From positions 27,223,055 to 27,266,738 of the forward strand of contig JBOZIK010000001.1 in NCBI GenBank assembly GCA_051453625.1: a DNA stretch of 43,684 bases. Direction: 5' to 3'. The notes beneath the pieces were generated by a model. It searched no databases. It was not told the DNA's origin and saw nothing but the letters and a program-made list of their open reading frames with translations. Origin of the DNA: Welwitschia mirabilis. Its lineage: Eukaryota. The translations under genes were made by a program, and so were the position numbers. This document shows, in pieces, positions 26,622 through 39,879 of the stretch; within the stretch, counting starts at the first letter, position 1; each line of letters begins with the position of its first letter.

Positions 26622-27869
26622 TGTTGTGCTGAATATTTATATATTTCTTAAGTCCTTAGATAGAAACCTATCAATCACAAATGTTTGCATAAAATGCACA
26701 TTACTATAAATTGGAGCTGACCTAAAGGTCGTAATCCATTGAACGCACTAGGCTTAAAGTTTGAAAATTATTTTCGTATTGTTATTCTTTTTTATTTAGA
26801 TAAATAAAAATAAAGAATAATGCAAGAAAATGATGCACGATAAACCCTTATGCAACACTTATAATGAAATGCAATTAAAAACTCTCTAATAATAGATCTA
26901 TTTTACTATTGATCACTATCACTAAGATTAGTCCTAATAACCTAGATTAATCAAGGAAAACTATCACTAAACCCTCATAAAAATAAGTGATAAAGCACAT
27001 TAAATAGAATATAATGACATACAACTATTTTATTATTATTATTATTATTATTATATAAATGAAAAATGAAATAAAAACACTAAACTAATAATCCCAAACT
27101 TAACAAAAATTTCCCTTATGATCTATATCAATTATCAAGCTATCATAGAATTATAACCAATATAAATCATAAGGAAGATTCACATAATAAAAGTAACAAA
27201 ACTATTTTGATTAATGTTGACTAAGATTCCACTTACAAAGTAGTTAAATATCAATGGAGAATACATAGCCCAACACTAAGGAAGACTTCTCTCTATAACT
27301 ATGAATGAATCTCCTACTCTTTGAACTTTGATTAGAATATTTTTAGATGTCAAAGAAGATGAGAGTTGGAGCAAGAAAAAGGAGGTTTTATTACAAGTAA
27401 CATCTTAAAAATAGAAACCCTAATAACTAAACAAAATCCTAGGGTGTATAACACTTTGCAATAGTTAGGTAAAGTTTAATGGGTTAGTTACAAAGGTAGA
27501 TGTACTGCTATCTTGTATGTATATATATTATTATGGAAATGATGCCACATCAGAAAGGATTTCACATTGACTTAGTGCAATTAGCATCTTTTTTAACTTT
27601 CATATTTTATTGTCTAGTATAGTTTTCTAAATAATAGTGGGGACAACATACTTTCAAGTTCTTCCATTAAGTTAAATTAATCTCTTCAATTGTCAGATTC
27701 CTTCTTATAATGATAAGTATTTGAATTAATCTAAAATGTATATCAAAGATTACAAATTTATGTTATATTAACTCCTTAGTATTATCAAAACTCCACCTAA
27801 AAATTTCTAAATGTCCTATAAAAGTACTCAAAATACCCCATGAAATACATACAATTTAACATTGCAACA
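26622..27869 (-). repeat. Family B LTR (5' LTR of copy 2)
   Basis: TGTTG...CAACA termini; homologous to the two other family B LTRs. Confidence 0.8.
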
Positions 27870-28429
27870 TAGCTCACCACTTAGCCTAGTCAATCCTTAA
27901 CAAAGTAAGTGAACAACTACAATTGTGAGATAAATTGAATATAATAAACATTAATTAAGAAAATGTAAATCAAGTTCATTAATCTCATCATGTAGGATAA
28001 AATGTCAAAATATAATCAATTAAACATAATACCTTGGTAGTGTATGAGCTACTATCATCTTGTTAATCAACTGAATGATTATTGGAATAATGTGCTTCAA
28101 AAATAAAAAAAGGAATATAAGTATAAAATATTACAAAATAAAAAATTAAACAACTAGATGAAGTAAAAAATAAAAAAAGAAATTACCTCTATCAAGCTTT
28201 ATAAAAAGTGAAAAATGTGGGATAAAATGAATTTACATATACATACTTATAAGAGAAAAATAATAATATTTTATACTTATTGAATGAAATTAAAAGTAGT
28301 AGTGCTTTAATAGTTAAGTTAAGTTTAAAAAGATTGATGTGATAATTAGGAAAGTAGTAGTGATATTAACAAACAAAGAAAATAGTAAGGTGAATTATGT
28401 GAAATACATCTTGACTCTATAAACAAAAA

Positions 28430-30345
28430 AAAAAAAGAACTTATAAGGGGGTATTACATTACTAACATGGTAGATCATACTAATTTTTAATTAATATAGT
28501 GTTAATATTAATAGCTCATAGAGTAAAAGGATGAACTAGAATTATAATACTACACTACTGATATGAAATATTATAGTGATTATAGATTAACATAGTATTA
28601 ACATCAATAACCCATGAAAGAAATAATGAACTAGAATTATAAGGAGACACTACACTAACNNNNNNNNNNTTAGCCTTGATAGCCCATAGAGCAAAAGGAT
28701 GAAGTAAAATTATAATATGTGTCATACTATTAATACAACAAATTCTAATGATTCTAAACTAATATAATATTAAAATTAGTAGCTTATAGAACAAAGAGAT
28801 GAACTAAAATTATAAGGCGACGTTACTCTGATGATATGGTAGGCCCTAATGATCTTGAATTGACATAGTATCAACACACTAACTTATGAAGTAAAAAGAT
28901 AAACCATAATTTTAAGGCAATTTTACACTACTAACATGGTAGATCCTAGTAATCTTAGACTGAGATAGTGTTANNNNNNNNNNNNNNNNNNGGAAAAGAA
29001 TGAACCAAAATTTTAAGGGGGCATTAGATTACTAATATTACAATCTAATCTAATCATTAAGTAATGAAATAATAACCTATAAAATTAAGTAGAAAAACTA
29101 CTTAACCAAGAATTATAAAAAGGCATTACAGTGCTAACATGATAGCCCTAAGTAATTAAAGAAGAATGTAGTAATGACATAAATAATTAAGTAGGAAAAT
29201 TAATCAACTAGAGTTATAAGGAGATGTTAGATTACTAATGTGATAGTATTAAATAGTTATAAAACAATGCAATACTAGACTCAGTAATCAATTAGGTAAA
29301 TTACTCAACCATAATTGTAAGAGGGTTCAAACTACTAACATGATAGCCCTAAGTAGTCATAAAATGATATAATATTAATATAAGTAATTAATTAGACAAA
29401 TTATTCAACTAGAATTATAAATAAGCACTACACTACTTATATTATAGCCTTAAGTAGTTAGAGAGTAAAGTAATGATAACCTAAGTAGTTAAGTAGATAA
29501 GATGCTCATGTGAAATTATAAGGAGATATCACACTACTAACACAGAAAGCCCTATTGATCCTTGAAGGATATCATATTGACATTAGTAATCTATGAAGTT
29601 AAATAATTAACCAAAACTATAATGGAATACCAAATTAGTAATATGATAGATCCTAATGATCCTACAATGATATGGTATTAATATCCATATTCTATAAAGC
29701 CAAAGTTTTAATTGAAAATGTAAGGAGACACTACACTACTAATATAGAAAACCCTAATAATCCTAAGATAATAAAGTACTAATAGCAGTAATATGTAAAT
29801 CTAAATGGTTAATCAAAAAAAGGAAACATTTCACTATTGATATGGTAGGTCCTACTACTCTTGGAAATATATAGTAATGAAATCAATAGTTTATGAAGAT
29901 AATTAATCAACTAGAAACATAAGGGGAGGATACATTACTAAACTGATAGACCCTCTTAATCTTAGAATGACATAGTAATGATATCAGTAATTTATAAAGC
30001 TAAACNNNNNNNNNNTAAGGAAGTTCTACACTACTAATATGCAAAATCTATTGATTCTAGAATAACATAGTACTAACATCAATAACCTACGAAATTAGAG
30101 GGTTAACCAAAATTATAAGGAAATAATACATTATTAAGATGAAAATCCTATAAGATCACTAAATGATGTAAATTTAAATAAAATTCCTAGAAATCCAAAT
30201 AATAAACTAGAATTTTAAGGAAATGCTACAATTCCAAAATGATAGTCCTTAATGATTACAAAGTGATGTAAATCTAATACAAGTATCCTAGGGGGCTAGA
30301 TAATCAACCAAAATTTTAAGGGAGTGTCAATTATTAACATCATAA
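28430..30345. repeat. Diverged tandem array, ~100-101 bp period, ~20 copies
   Basis: Anchor AAC(T/C)A(G/A)AATTATAAGG..ACTACACTACTAA recurs near 28710, 28810, 28910, 29011, 29113, 29214, 29315, 29415, 29516, 29617 and on to ~30313; three small gaps inside. Confidence 0.92.
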
Positions 30346-30442
30346 TGTTATCATCAATTTTACATTCCACTTGAGGCCCTTTAATAGTAAACACAATAAT
30401 GAAATAACATTTTCCTGCGTAAAACTCAAGGTTTTTGATTAA

Positions 30443-30446
<4 letters not shown>

Positions 30447-30473
<27 letters not shown>
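30447..30473. repeat. (TA)n microsatellite
   Basis: Directly visible. Confidence 0.95.
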
Positions 30474-30479
<6 letters not shown>

Positions 30480-30617
30480 CTATTTAAATATATATATAGG
30501 TAGACATTTTTAACTCTTAAAAACTATTTAAATAACTAAATTGTTTAGCCTAGATAAGGTAGTTTGTAGCAGAAACAAAAGGGAATGGACCCTTAACAAT
30601 ACATACATTAGTGAATC

Positions 30618-31686
30618 ATGGAGGATTATATGAATGCTTATATTAATTCTTTAGAGTAATACATTAAAGATGTCTAAGAATAATCCTAAGTCCAGTATGT
30701 ACATATCTAGGCTTTAAAGAACATAATTAATGTTAAGCTTAATTCTATTCTTATAGAACTGGGAATATAACCATGGGAATAATAATTCCAAGAGATTTAA
30801 TCACAAATCTAGTAATTGATTTAAGTAGAAAATGGAAAACATTTTAAATAATATCTCTCCATAATCATGTAAATAATAAGAAGTGGAGAAAATCAATAGG
30901 CATGTGTAATAATTCCACATTCATAATTTACCTAAAGCAACTAAAGATAGCATGATGGAAGAGCATAACATGCAAGGATCTATAAAGAAGATTCAAATTC
31001 TAATGTATGCTAGTATTATGGGATCTTGTAAGGAAGCATTAGAATGATTACTATAATAGCTTAATCTTCTTTATCATTACATTAGGTTGGTGCCATCTTT
31101 AACATTAGAAGAAAAACCATCATACTGCCTCATTAGCCATATAATTATGTGTAGCAAGTGTAAGTACCTTGAATGGTAGGACAAGAACATTAATCTTAAT
31201 TTCTACAAATTTGTAGTGATACAAAAGTTCTAGGGTATTCTTTCACTCTACATTTTTAAAAAAATTCAAACGTTTGTTCTATAGATTATATGATGGTAAA
31301 TAAGAAAGTTTTCATTATCCAAAGCAATAGCAATGGTGCTATCATGTTGAGACATAAGAAAAAAAATAGATTAATACTATTCTTATAGATGATGAAAAGT
31401 TACTTTATGTTTCTTGTGTCTCAGGCTTTTATTATGTCTTAATAGAGAGGAGTTTTGGAGTCACTTTTCATTTTGTTTTTCCAATCACAAAGCCATAATA
31501 TCATTTATTTTATGCCAAATGGCATCTCACTTTGATCCCTTAGCATTTTGAGTAGTGGAGAAAGGAAACTGATATGGATTAAAAAATTTGAAGTTATATC
31601 AAATGTTTTTAAAAGTTTATAAATAGAATCAAGATTTAAGAAGGAAGCAAAAAACAATTTTAAATTTATCACAAGGGCCTTCTTAA
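30618..31686 (+). pseudogene. Candidate decayed orphan ORF (~350 codons)
   Basis: Protein-like segments MEDYMNAYINSLE.., LNLLYHYIRLVPSLTLEEKPSYCLISHIIMCSKCKYLEW.. and REEFWSHFSFCFSNHKAIISFILCQMASHFDPLAF..; many stops and at least one frameshift. Confidence 0.3.
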
Positions 31687-33429
31687 CTACTGATCGTAGG
31701 CAATTTGCTACTAGTTAAAAAGTAAATAAGATCAATAACCTCCATTCAATGGATTTTATATTTGTATAGGAAAATATAAAGATCTACAAAAGTTAAATTA
31801 GATGGATGTGATCTATTAGTTAATGTTTACACTTTGAATTAGATTGATCTCACATGTAGTCTACTTGAGCTTTGCTATTACCTATTCTCTTAGGTACTTT
31901 CCTCTAAAACCTAGTAAGAATATAAGATAACTCAAAGATATAACATGTGACATATTATCTCATATGATCATTAAATTTAAAGATGTATATTTACTAAAAT
32001 TAATGTTTGAATCTTAACATAATATTTTACAATTATTTTCATGCTTTCTTCTAGTCAACAAGGTTAATAAGGTTTTTTTAGTTAAAATTAAATGGAATCC
32101 ATTATTTATTGGATAACTTAAGCAGAGTGTATAGATATTAATTTATTATTTTAGTTTTATTTTTGAATAATTTCAAGCATTAATTAAGGAACCAAAGAAG
32201 AGAAAGATCCTTAGATTATATTTTATAACTATGCTAAAAGACCATTTAACATTTGATAAGTTGCTATTTATCTAATTTTGCATACCTAATTACAATAGAA
32301 TATGCCTCTTCCAATACCATGATGATATAGGTTATCTTTTTTCAAGTGAAATGCAATACTATGTAACTCAACATTGGGTTGTAATCTTTGCAAAAATTAC
32401 TTATGTCTTTAAAATATTTTACATTTTCAATTTCAAAAAGTAATTTAGAAATGATTAAACAATTACTTTCAATCTTATCAGTAAAAAATATAAGAATTGA
32501 TAAATTCCTATATCTTATTAACTATTAATGATGCTCTAGGTTTTACTTTTAAAAGGAGAAAGCTTCAAGTATAACTTATATTTTTTTAATTAAGGCATTA
32601 TTTCTTTATTCTCAAGTTGCATGTCTTATTTTGACTTCATTACTACATATTTTATTTAGCATGTTAATAATTTTATGTTGTTTAATAACATCTACCATAG
32701 ATTTTGAATATCACACTCCTTCTAAAATTTAATGTCAGTATTTGTTCATTAGTATGTATTATTTATCTTTATTTTTTTCCATAGTTCTAAATTTATAGAA
32801 GATTTAAACATTTTAGTATATTTTAGTAACTATAGTTGGTTATCACAATTCATAGAGCATTGTATATCCTAAAGTAAGATGTTATCCCTTTTATGAATAT
32901 TTAACAAAGTAGAAAAGTGCTAGTGTAAATTCATATGAAATTGGGTTATACCTATTTTAAAAGTAATATACTATTAAAACTAGTGAAAAATAGAATTAGT
33001 TAGGTAAGTTAATCTTAGTTTACAACCTATCAATCTCTTATTTGCTCTTTACTATATAAGAATGCTTAGTAGAAAATCTTATTTAAATTATGAAACTAAG
33101 TCTTTAAGTTATAGAAATTATCAAGTATTTTCATGAATGAATCATGTAATTAAATGATTAATGATAATATATTTATGAGTTAGGTATATATTTTCAATAA
33201 TTAGATGTAAATTTCAAAGGTAACATCTAAGAACTTTCTAGTTTCTTTAATGTTTTCATTGTAAAATATAGTACATGAAAGAAAAATTTCACTTTATAAA
33301 GGACTTCATCAAAATGAAAATAAAAATTCTTATACTATGCTAAGAACTAAAAATAAAAGTTTCTTATTACACCAAAGAAATCCCATTCTATGATGCAAAC
33401 TTAGCATCAAGTATTTGAAATATTATAAA

Positions 33430-36400
33430 ATACATAATAACTAAAATTAAAAATTTATTACATTGCGTTAAATCTCATAGCTCTTATAGACAATCTAAGT
33501 AATATAAAATACATTAGTATTAATATTTTTAGAGTATATTAAATATGTTCAATAGTTATGTAGCCTAAAAACATCTTCAAAATAATATCCCAATATTAGT
33601 TATGATAACATAAATTACTCATATACGGTTTCACTTATGATATATCATTTGCATCTAAAACATTTACTACCATAGAATTTTAATAAAATATGATGTTTAT
33701 CCTCTTCTAGTTATAATAGGCCAAGTCAACATACATGAATCTTTAGTATTGCTATAGAAAGATACTTTATTTTCTCTTTAATATTTCTTCCTTAAATAGT
33801 TTTGCAATGGAAGTGAAGTTTTTTTTCCTTTTCATATATCTTCCATCATTGCTTAGTAACTTTTGTTTTCATCATCTTGTTAATTATTTTAGGATCTCTA
33901 GTTAAATCATGATCTTAAATTCCCCATTCTTGTAGCCACAACATTTCTTTAGCATGTCATCCCTTTTATTGAGTGATTTATAGTACCTCATTTAAAAAAT
34001 AAATTTATTACTAAGTCTAATATTCTAATAAAATATTAGAAATTGACATATTTCTCTAACTTCAAAAGGTAACATATTGGCCTTTAGTAATAACATTTCA
34101 TATGTTACTCAGGCTTTAACCTTGAGTTCATCTTTTAAAACTAGTTTTTGAATTTATTATATTTTATTTTATAAAATTTTAAGAAGTCTTAGATCCATGC
34201 TATGCATGCATATAAAATGATTAGTTTCATAATCATAAGAAATAATTGCTTTTGTACCTTTCATAACCAATTATTTTCTTTCATTCATTTACCCTTATAG
34301 CATAAAGAGCCNNNNNNNNNNNNNNNNNNNNNNNNGACATACATTGATTCCATTTACATTTTTAACAACATTCTAATCCTAGCTATTTGTATGAATTAAC
34401 AATATTAAGTTGTTTATTATTTAGTTAAAATCTATAGTTTCTATTATTTCTTTCACAACTAATATTTTTTATAGAAAACCTTACTTTCATCCTTAGATAT
34501 TTATAAAACAGTTTTGATAATTTCAACATAGTATAGCATCTTGCATTATAATTTCTTTATATAAGTACATCATTTATAAAAATTAATAGATGAATCACTT
34601 TTCACCTATGTTCATTTTATAAATGTCTAATACTTGCTAAATTCCATGTTTCTAATTCATTCATAAAAATTCCAAACAATGTTGGTAATAAAGGACAACA
34701 ACCTGACTTTACTTCTATGTTATTATAGGACTTGGAACATTCTTAAGCATTAGTTCTTCTTAGTTCAACCATTATTTTAACATATAATCTTTGTATAGCT
34801 ACTAAAAAAGTGGAGTTAATAGTAAGATCAACATGTCTACTTCATCGTTTGTCTCTGATAACTGATTCATAAGATTTTGTGAAGTTAACAAGACAAATGA
34901 AATTTTTTTTTCATATCTCCTTTGCTTGCTTCATACAAAACCTAAGGGTAGTTAAATAATCCATTTTAAGGTAATTACTTCAAAATATTGCTTAATAGAA
35001 TGGATGAAAATTATTATTTTATACCTAACTACTTAGCCTCTTCTGAAGCATAATGACTAATAATTTAGCAAATAAATTGCTAAGCATAATTACCCTATAA
35101 TTATTTAAATTTAACATATTCACTTTTTAAATAATATAACATTTTTATTAATAATTTATTTCTTTATTGATCAATTCTTGAGTTTACCATTAAACCTTTT
35201 CACGTTTCTTTCCATACTAAAGAACCACCCCATTTTAATAATTTGAAATATAGTCCTTATGCATTCATGATCCTTTTTAATGCTTATTTATTAATTTCAT
35301 CCCTTAACTTAACTAAAGTAAGTTTTATTACTTTGAATTGATATGTTTGGCATTTTGGTCCACCTCATGTTGCTTTGAATTTATACAAAAGAAAAATTAT
35401 TACATGATGTGTCTCTATTATGAAAAACTTTTCAAACATTACATGGATCGTTGTTTATCATTTTTAAAAGATAACCTTGATATTAATAGCCTTGTCTTAT
35501 TATAGATAAGCCTTTTATATTTTCTAATTATATCTTCATTGTCACTAAGTTCTTTGAAAACTAACCTTGCTTATAAGCATTCTACATCAAACCAAGGTTT
35601 CTTACCCATAAATCTATTAGAGGTAGTACATTATGCATTCCATATAGAATGATCTTTTTCAATGTTGTTTCATACTTTTTAATTAACCACTACATTTAAA
35701 CCTTTTATTGAAAAACATCTTTATGTTCTATAGTAATTTTTCTAAATCTATTCTTACTTTACATCTTATAATAAAGCCTTGTTTTAATCTTAAATTTGAA
35801 AGAATTATGCAATGATGTTGGCAGTTGATCTATAAATCTAAAATTACTGATACATGTAATATTTTAGGGTATACTAAGAAATATATAAATATAAGGACAT
35901 CCTTATGATCTATAAAATTTAAAAATTCTAGGATAAGAAATATTAAAAAGGAAAAAAAGAATTCTTTATATTAATAAAATAAAATTATATAGAGTATAAG
36001 CTTATAAATAAGGCTTACATATAGCCGTTCCTTCAAGACATCCTATATGTGCATTNNNNNNNNNNTGTGCATTACTTTTCTCTTAAAATGCTTATTACCT
36101 ACTCTTATTTATAATCTAAGATAATAGAAATCTACATTATTATATGCTAAACCTTACTTCTTATAATTTTCTAAAATGAGCCTATAAATGTAAAAGATTT
36201 CCTATGTCTGAAGCTTTTCTTACTTAAATACTCATTCTAAACATTAAAAAATTAAACTAAGAAAGTTTTTATTATTACTTACCTAAGTTCAACGTATGAC
36301 CAATTTGTAAAGATACTCCTCAAATTTTTTAGATTAAACTTTTTGAAATTACATGCTCTTATATCATCCTTTCCAATTTAAAATGAAAATAACAAAATAA

Positions 36401-36750
36401 ATATGTTTTTTTTGGAGTTGGATTTATATTTCTAATTCATAGGTAGTATTCCTCATCCATCCATAAAATATTCTTTAAGGTTTTGCTTACAATTTAAACA
36501 TGATATTCATTATAGCTTCGTTTCTTATTCCTTTTTCACATTTATCTAAGATAATAGATGATGAGTACATATTTTCCTTTTCTTTGATTATATTTTTAAA
36601 TTTCTTAATCCATGTATCATTATTTTCTATCTCATATTCATACATAAATAAATCACCAACATTGAAACTTGGAAAAATATTAATACCTTAAGGTAATTCT
36701 ACTTGATATTAATTAGAAGATATTTTATTTAATATTTGACATGGTATAAT
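33430..36750 (-). mobile_element. Decayed non-LTR retrotransposon (LINE; RTE-X/RTE-like endonuclease-RT ORF)
   Basis: KKPWFDVEC (~35580-35605); NNYRVIMLSNLFAKL..RLSS..TTLR..ICLVNFTKSYESV (34860-35105); PLLPTLFGIFMNEL (~34655-34700); SYK*LG (~34380); AATAAA near 33455; 5' boundary uncertain. Confidence 0.85.
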
Positions 36751-37190
36751 TATCTTATGTTTAGTTTATTGTAGGTTCCTACTAGAAATCTATCCTTAAG
36801 GATGTATGCTATGAGAATATTAGTTACTTTAAAGTCTCGAAGTATTTCATTTTAATCCACTTTTTCCTTAGTACTTAGTGTAAAAATCCAAAACTCTTAT
36901 TTGTAAACCATCATCATTTCTTAAAGTTAATTATGATTTGTGGGAATTATAATGATTAATGTAATGCACATTCAAGGTATACGAATCTTACAAAAGAGCC
37001 AATGCTAAAGAGTCATGTTGTTTGGTTATGTTAAATGAGGTGTTTGAAAAAATAAAGGACATGCATGTGATTTACAAAGGGATAAAATCTCCTTGATAAG
37101 CTAGCCTAGATTATTAATGATTCCACATACTAGACCTTGAAGGTAGTATGACATGGTCATGCCATTATATCAAAACCTTACATTTGGTAT

Positions 37191-38530
37191 TGATGGAGTT
37201 GCAAATCACATTTTGAAGTACTTATAAAATAAGATTGAGTTATATATTTATTTACTCATTAGTAATTAACTTTATAGTATAATGTCCCAAATTTAAAGTA
37301 AGTGCAACACTTAGTATTGCTCTTTCTTGGGGATAACATTGGATATTGGCTAAAATTGTGGTAACTTTAATCCTAATGCAAGTTACAAAAATGAAATAGA
37401 ATAGAAGAAGACATGAAATTTAGAATTGAGTTTAAACTTCATTTAAAAGAGAGGGAAAGTAAACTAGCTCTAATGTATTACCAATTTGTCCTTTATAATC
37501 CTTCACTCCCAAGTTATCCAATAGCCTTCTTGTAAAATACTAAAAATCATCAAGTTCTTTTTATCCAATTTATGAGGCATAATCTCATCCACCTTATGAT
37601 AAATAGTAAATTTAACTAACACTTTAATCTTAAATAATAATAGAAAATAAGGGCCTGTAATCCACTCAAGATCTATGAAATTAAAATACTAAGTGATAAA
37701 GAGGAATTCACATAACTAAATTAAAATTTACAATTAAAGAGGTTATTTAAGCATCCAAATTATGATATTACTCATAAATCAAGATCAAAGAAAAATAACT
37801 TTTGCATTATATAAAGAACAACTTTACAACAAAGAAAGAATGAAGTAGGAATAACTCCTCAATAATCCTCAATGACTAAATCACTCCTCTAAAGAGTTGT
37901 CTTGAAAGCCATTACAAGTCAATGCTTCAAAATCTCCCATTTTACCAACATAAAGATGAATACAATGAAGGTTTTAAGGACCTTTTATAGGGAGATATGG
38001 GGGTAAGGGGTGGTTACAACTCTTGGCTTATAGCATTAGGTATAATCTTCATCATTTAGCATTAGGCACATAAGATCCTTTCTTGTAGCATTTGGTTGAG
38101 GTTTTTAGGTAGCATTTGGTAGAGTCTTCATCATATAGCATTTGGTAAAGTCTACATCATGATGAGTCTAACATGTGACTTTTAAAGCCAAATTCCTATA
38201 ACAACTAGTGATATCACCACATGTTTACAATGCCACCTTCACATGCCTTTTTCATGTTTCTTTACTTGATTCTACTATGTGTCCCCATCTCATATCTTCA
38301 TTTGCCATTATTTTTTTATGTGGAATTAAGTTCATCTTCCACCATATATTCCAAAAGTAGTTTAAATATATGCAATTTAATATGAAGAAAAACATAATAT
38401 TTAATTTTATTCTATAAATAATAGAAGACATATTTTATAATTAAAATAGCTAAATAAATGTCTTTATTTAATAAATTAACTTGAAACACATGATATAAAT
38501 GTTGATTTTTATATTTTTAGCATTCATCCT
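37191..38530 (-). repeat. Probable 3' LTR of element C
   Basis: Minus strand begins GATGAATGCTAAAAATAT and ends GATTTGCAACTCCATCA, typical of Athila LTR ends; internal TAGCATTTGGT repeats at 38030-38150; partner LTR not in window. Confidence 0.6.
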
Positions 38531-39879
38531 AACTAGTCTTTTACTAGTGCCTTAGAAAACGTTAATAAGAAAATGGTTAAACATGGAGAAATTGTTTCTG
38601 TTAAAAGCGCATCAAGTATATGAATGATATAACTTGAAAATTTTATAACGAATTTTACGTAATTAAGACATCAATGAAAAAACATTTAGTGAAAATCCAG
38701 ATGCCACATCCCCTAACAACAACTCAACTTTATGCTTAAAGTTTTTGGTAAAAATGTTAAGTTAATATATACATAGATATATCACAAAGAGTTCCTTTAT
38801 TGAAAACTAACTTAAGCTAAGGAAAAAGAATAGATATTTACAACTAAACATGTGTTATGTGGAAAAATCATTTGTAAAAATAGTTAATGCATTAGGAGTT
38901 AAACCTTATGAAAATGATATGAAGTGAAATGTAGTGAAGTGATGCAAGATAAAGGAGATGGAAAATACATGAATGAAGTAAAACCAAAATCTGATAAATA
39001 AATAATAAAACTATGTTAAATTATTATTCCTTTATTATTTTTTTGTATTTTTTAATGAATTGCATTATTAACTAAATTACATTTTCATCAAATGACCCAT
39101 AGGAATCTAAGAAATCAATGCAAATCCTAAGTATAAAAGCTAAAAGACAATAGTTCACATAAGGACTTCAATTCTCACATTTTTGTTCCTTTATTTTCCA
39201 TTTCTACCCTCACATATGCCCTTAGTATTATGCCTTTGAAGAATATCGAGCATCCAATGTTATGACATTTTCTACCAATAGAATTAAGCATGTTGTATTA
39301 TGCAGAAATCAATGCTACATTGCTAGTGAGTGTTTATAGCCTCAATAAAATTGAACATGTCATAGGTAGATCACTAGAGCTACCTTGTCAGTAGGAATTT
39401 ATAGCCTTAATGTAGTTAATTAAAGTCAACTAATTGATTAGTATTATATGCCTTTGAAGAAGAGATATATTATTTTCTTTTCTTTATCTTCTCATAGTTA
39501 CGTTTATGTACTTTTAGAGGGTTATTGTCTCATTAGCATAGTCAAGACAAATCCTATCCCCATTAAAGGCTTTTTACTTAAAGAGTACATGTGAAGGTAA
39601 ATCCCATCTTTTCAATTAAGTTTTTTTAAGACTAAAGATGTCAACTAATGCATTCTTAGCTAACCTACTTGAAATAAGCATTTTTTCCTTTAAAGACCCA
39701 TAAGTATACTGGATCTTAATAATTACTTAGATGATAACATGATCACTTATTATTGATTTTATTCTAAAGGATTTTAACCTAGATTAGAAAGTCTAAAAAA
39801 CTCATGGGTTAATGGTTTTAGTGGATGGTTTATGGATTTAATGGAGTAATTTAACAATGGATTTAGTAAATGACAAGTT

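Larger units (their letters stand above)
21610..27869 (-). mobile_element. Family B Athila-like element, copy 2 (apparently non-autonomous; 3' LTR not seen)
   Basis: LTR 26622-27869, PBS 26601-26618, leader and ORF start homologous to 1-660; no gag/pol motifs recognised; left boundary uncertain. Confidence 0.6.

Noticed and set aside
25094..27869. TRIM-like mini element made of two LTRs and a 180-bp interior
   Set aside because: The interior is leader sequence that continues left of 25094 as in copy 1, has no PPT, and no TSD encloses the pair.
28430..30345. CRISPR-like array or repeat-protein (ankyrin/TPR) gene
   Set aside because: The whole unit is homologous with no unique spacers and no cas genes; the 100-101 bp period is not a codon multiple and no long ORF is present.
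31700..33430. Possible host exons in AT-rich DNA
   Set aside because: No convincing splice-bounded coding segment could be read; left unassigned.
33430..36750. Mutator/hAT DNA transposase
   Set aside because: Translation gave LINE RT motifs instead.
36750..37190. Possible LINE ORF1 or kinase/hAT fragment
   Set aside because: No motif held up in the frames I translated.
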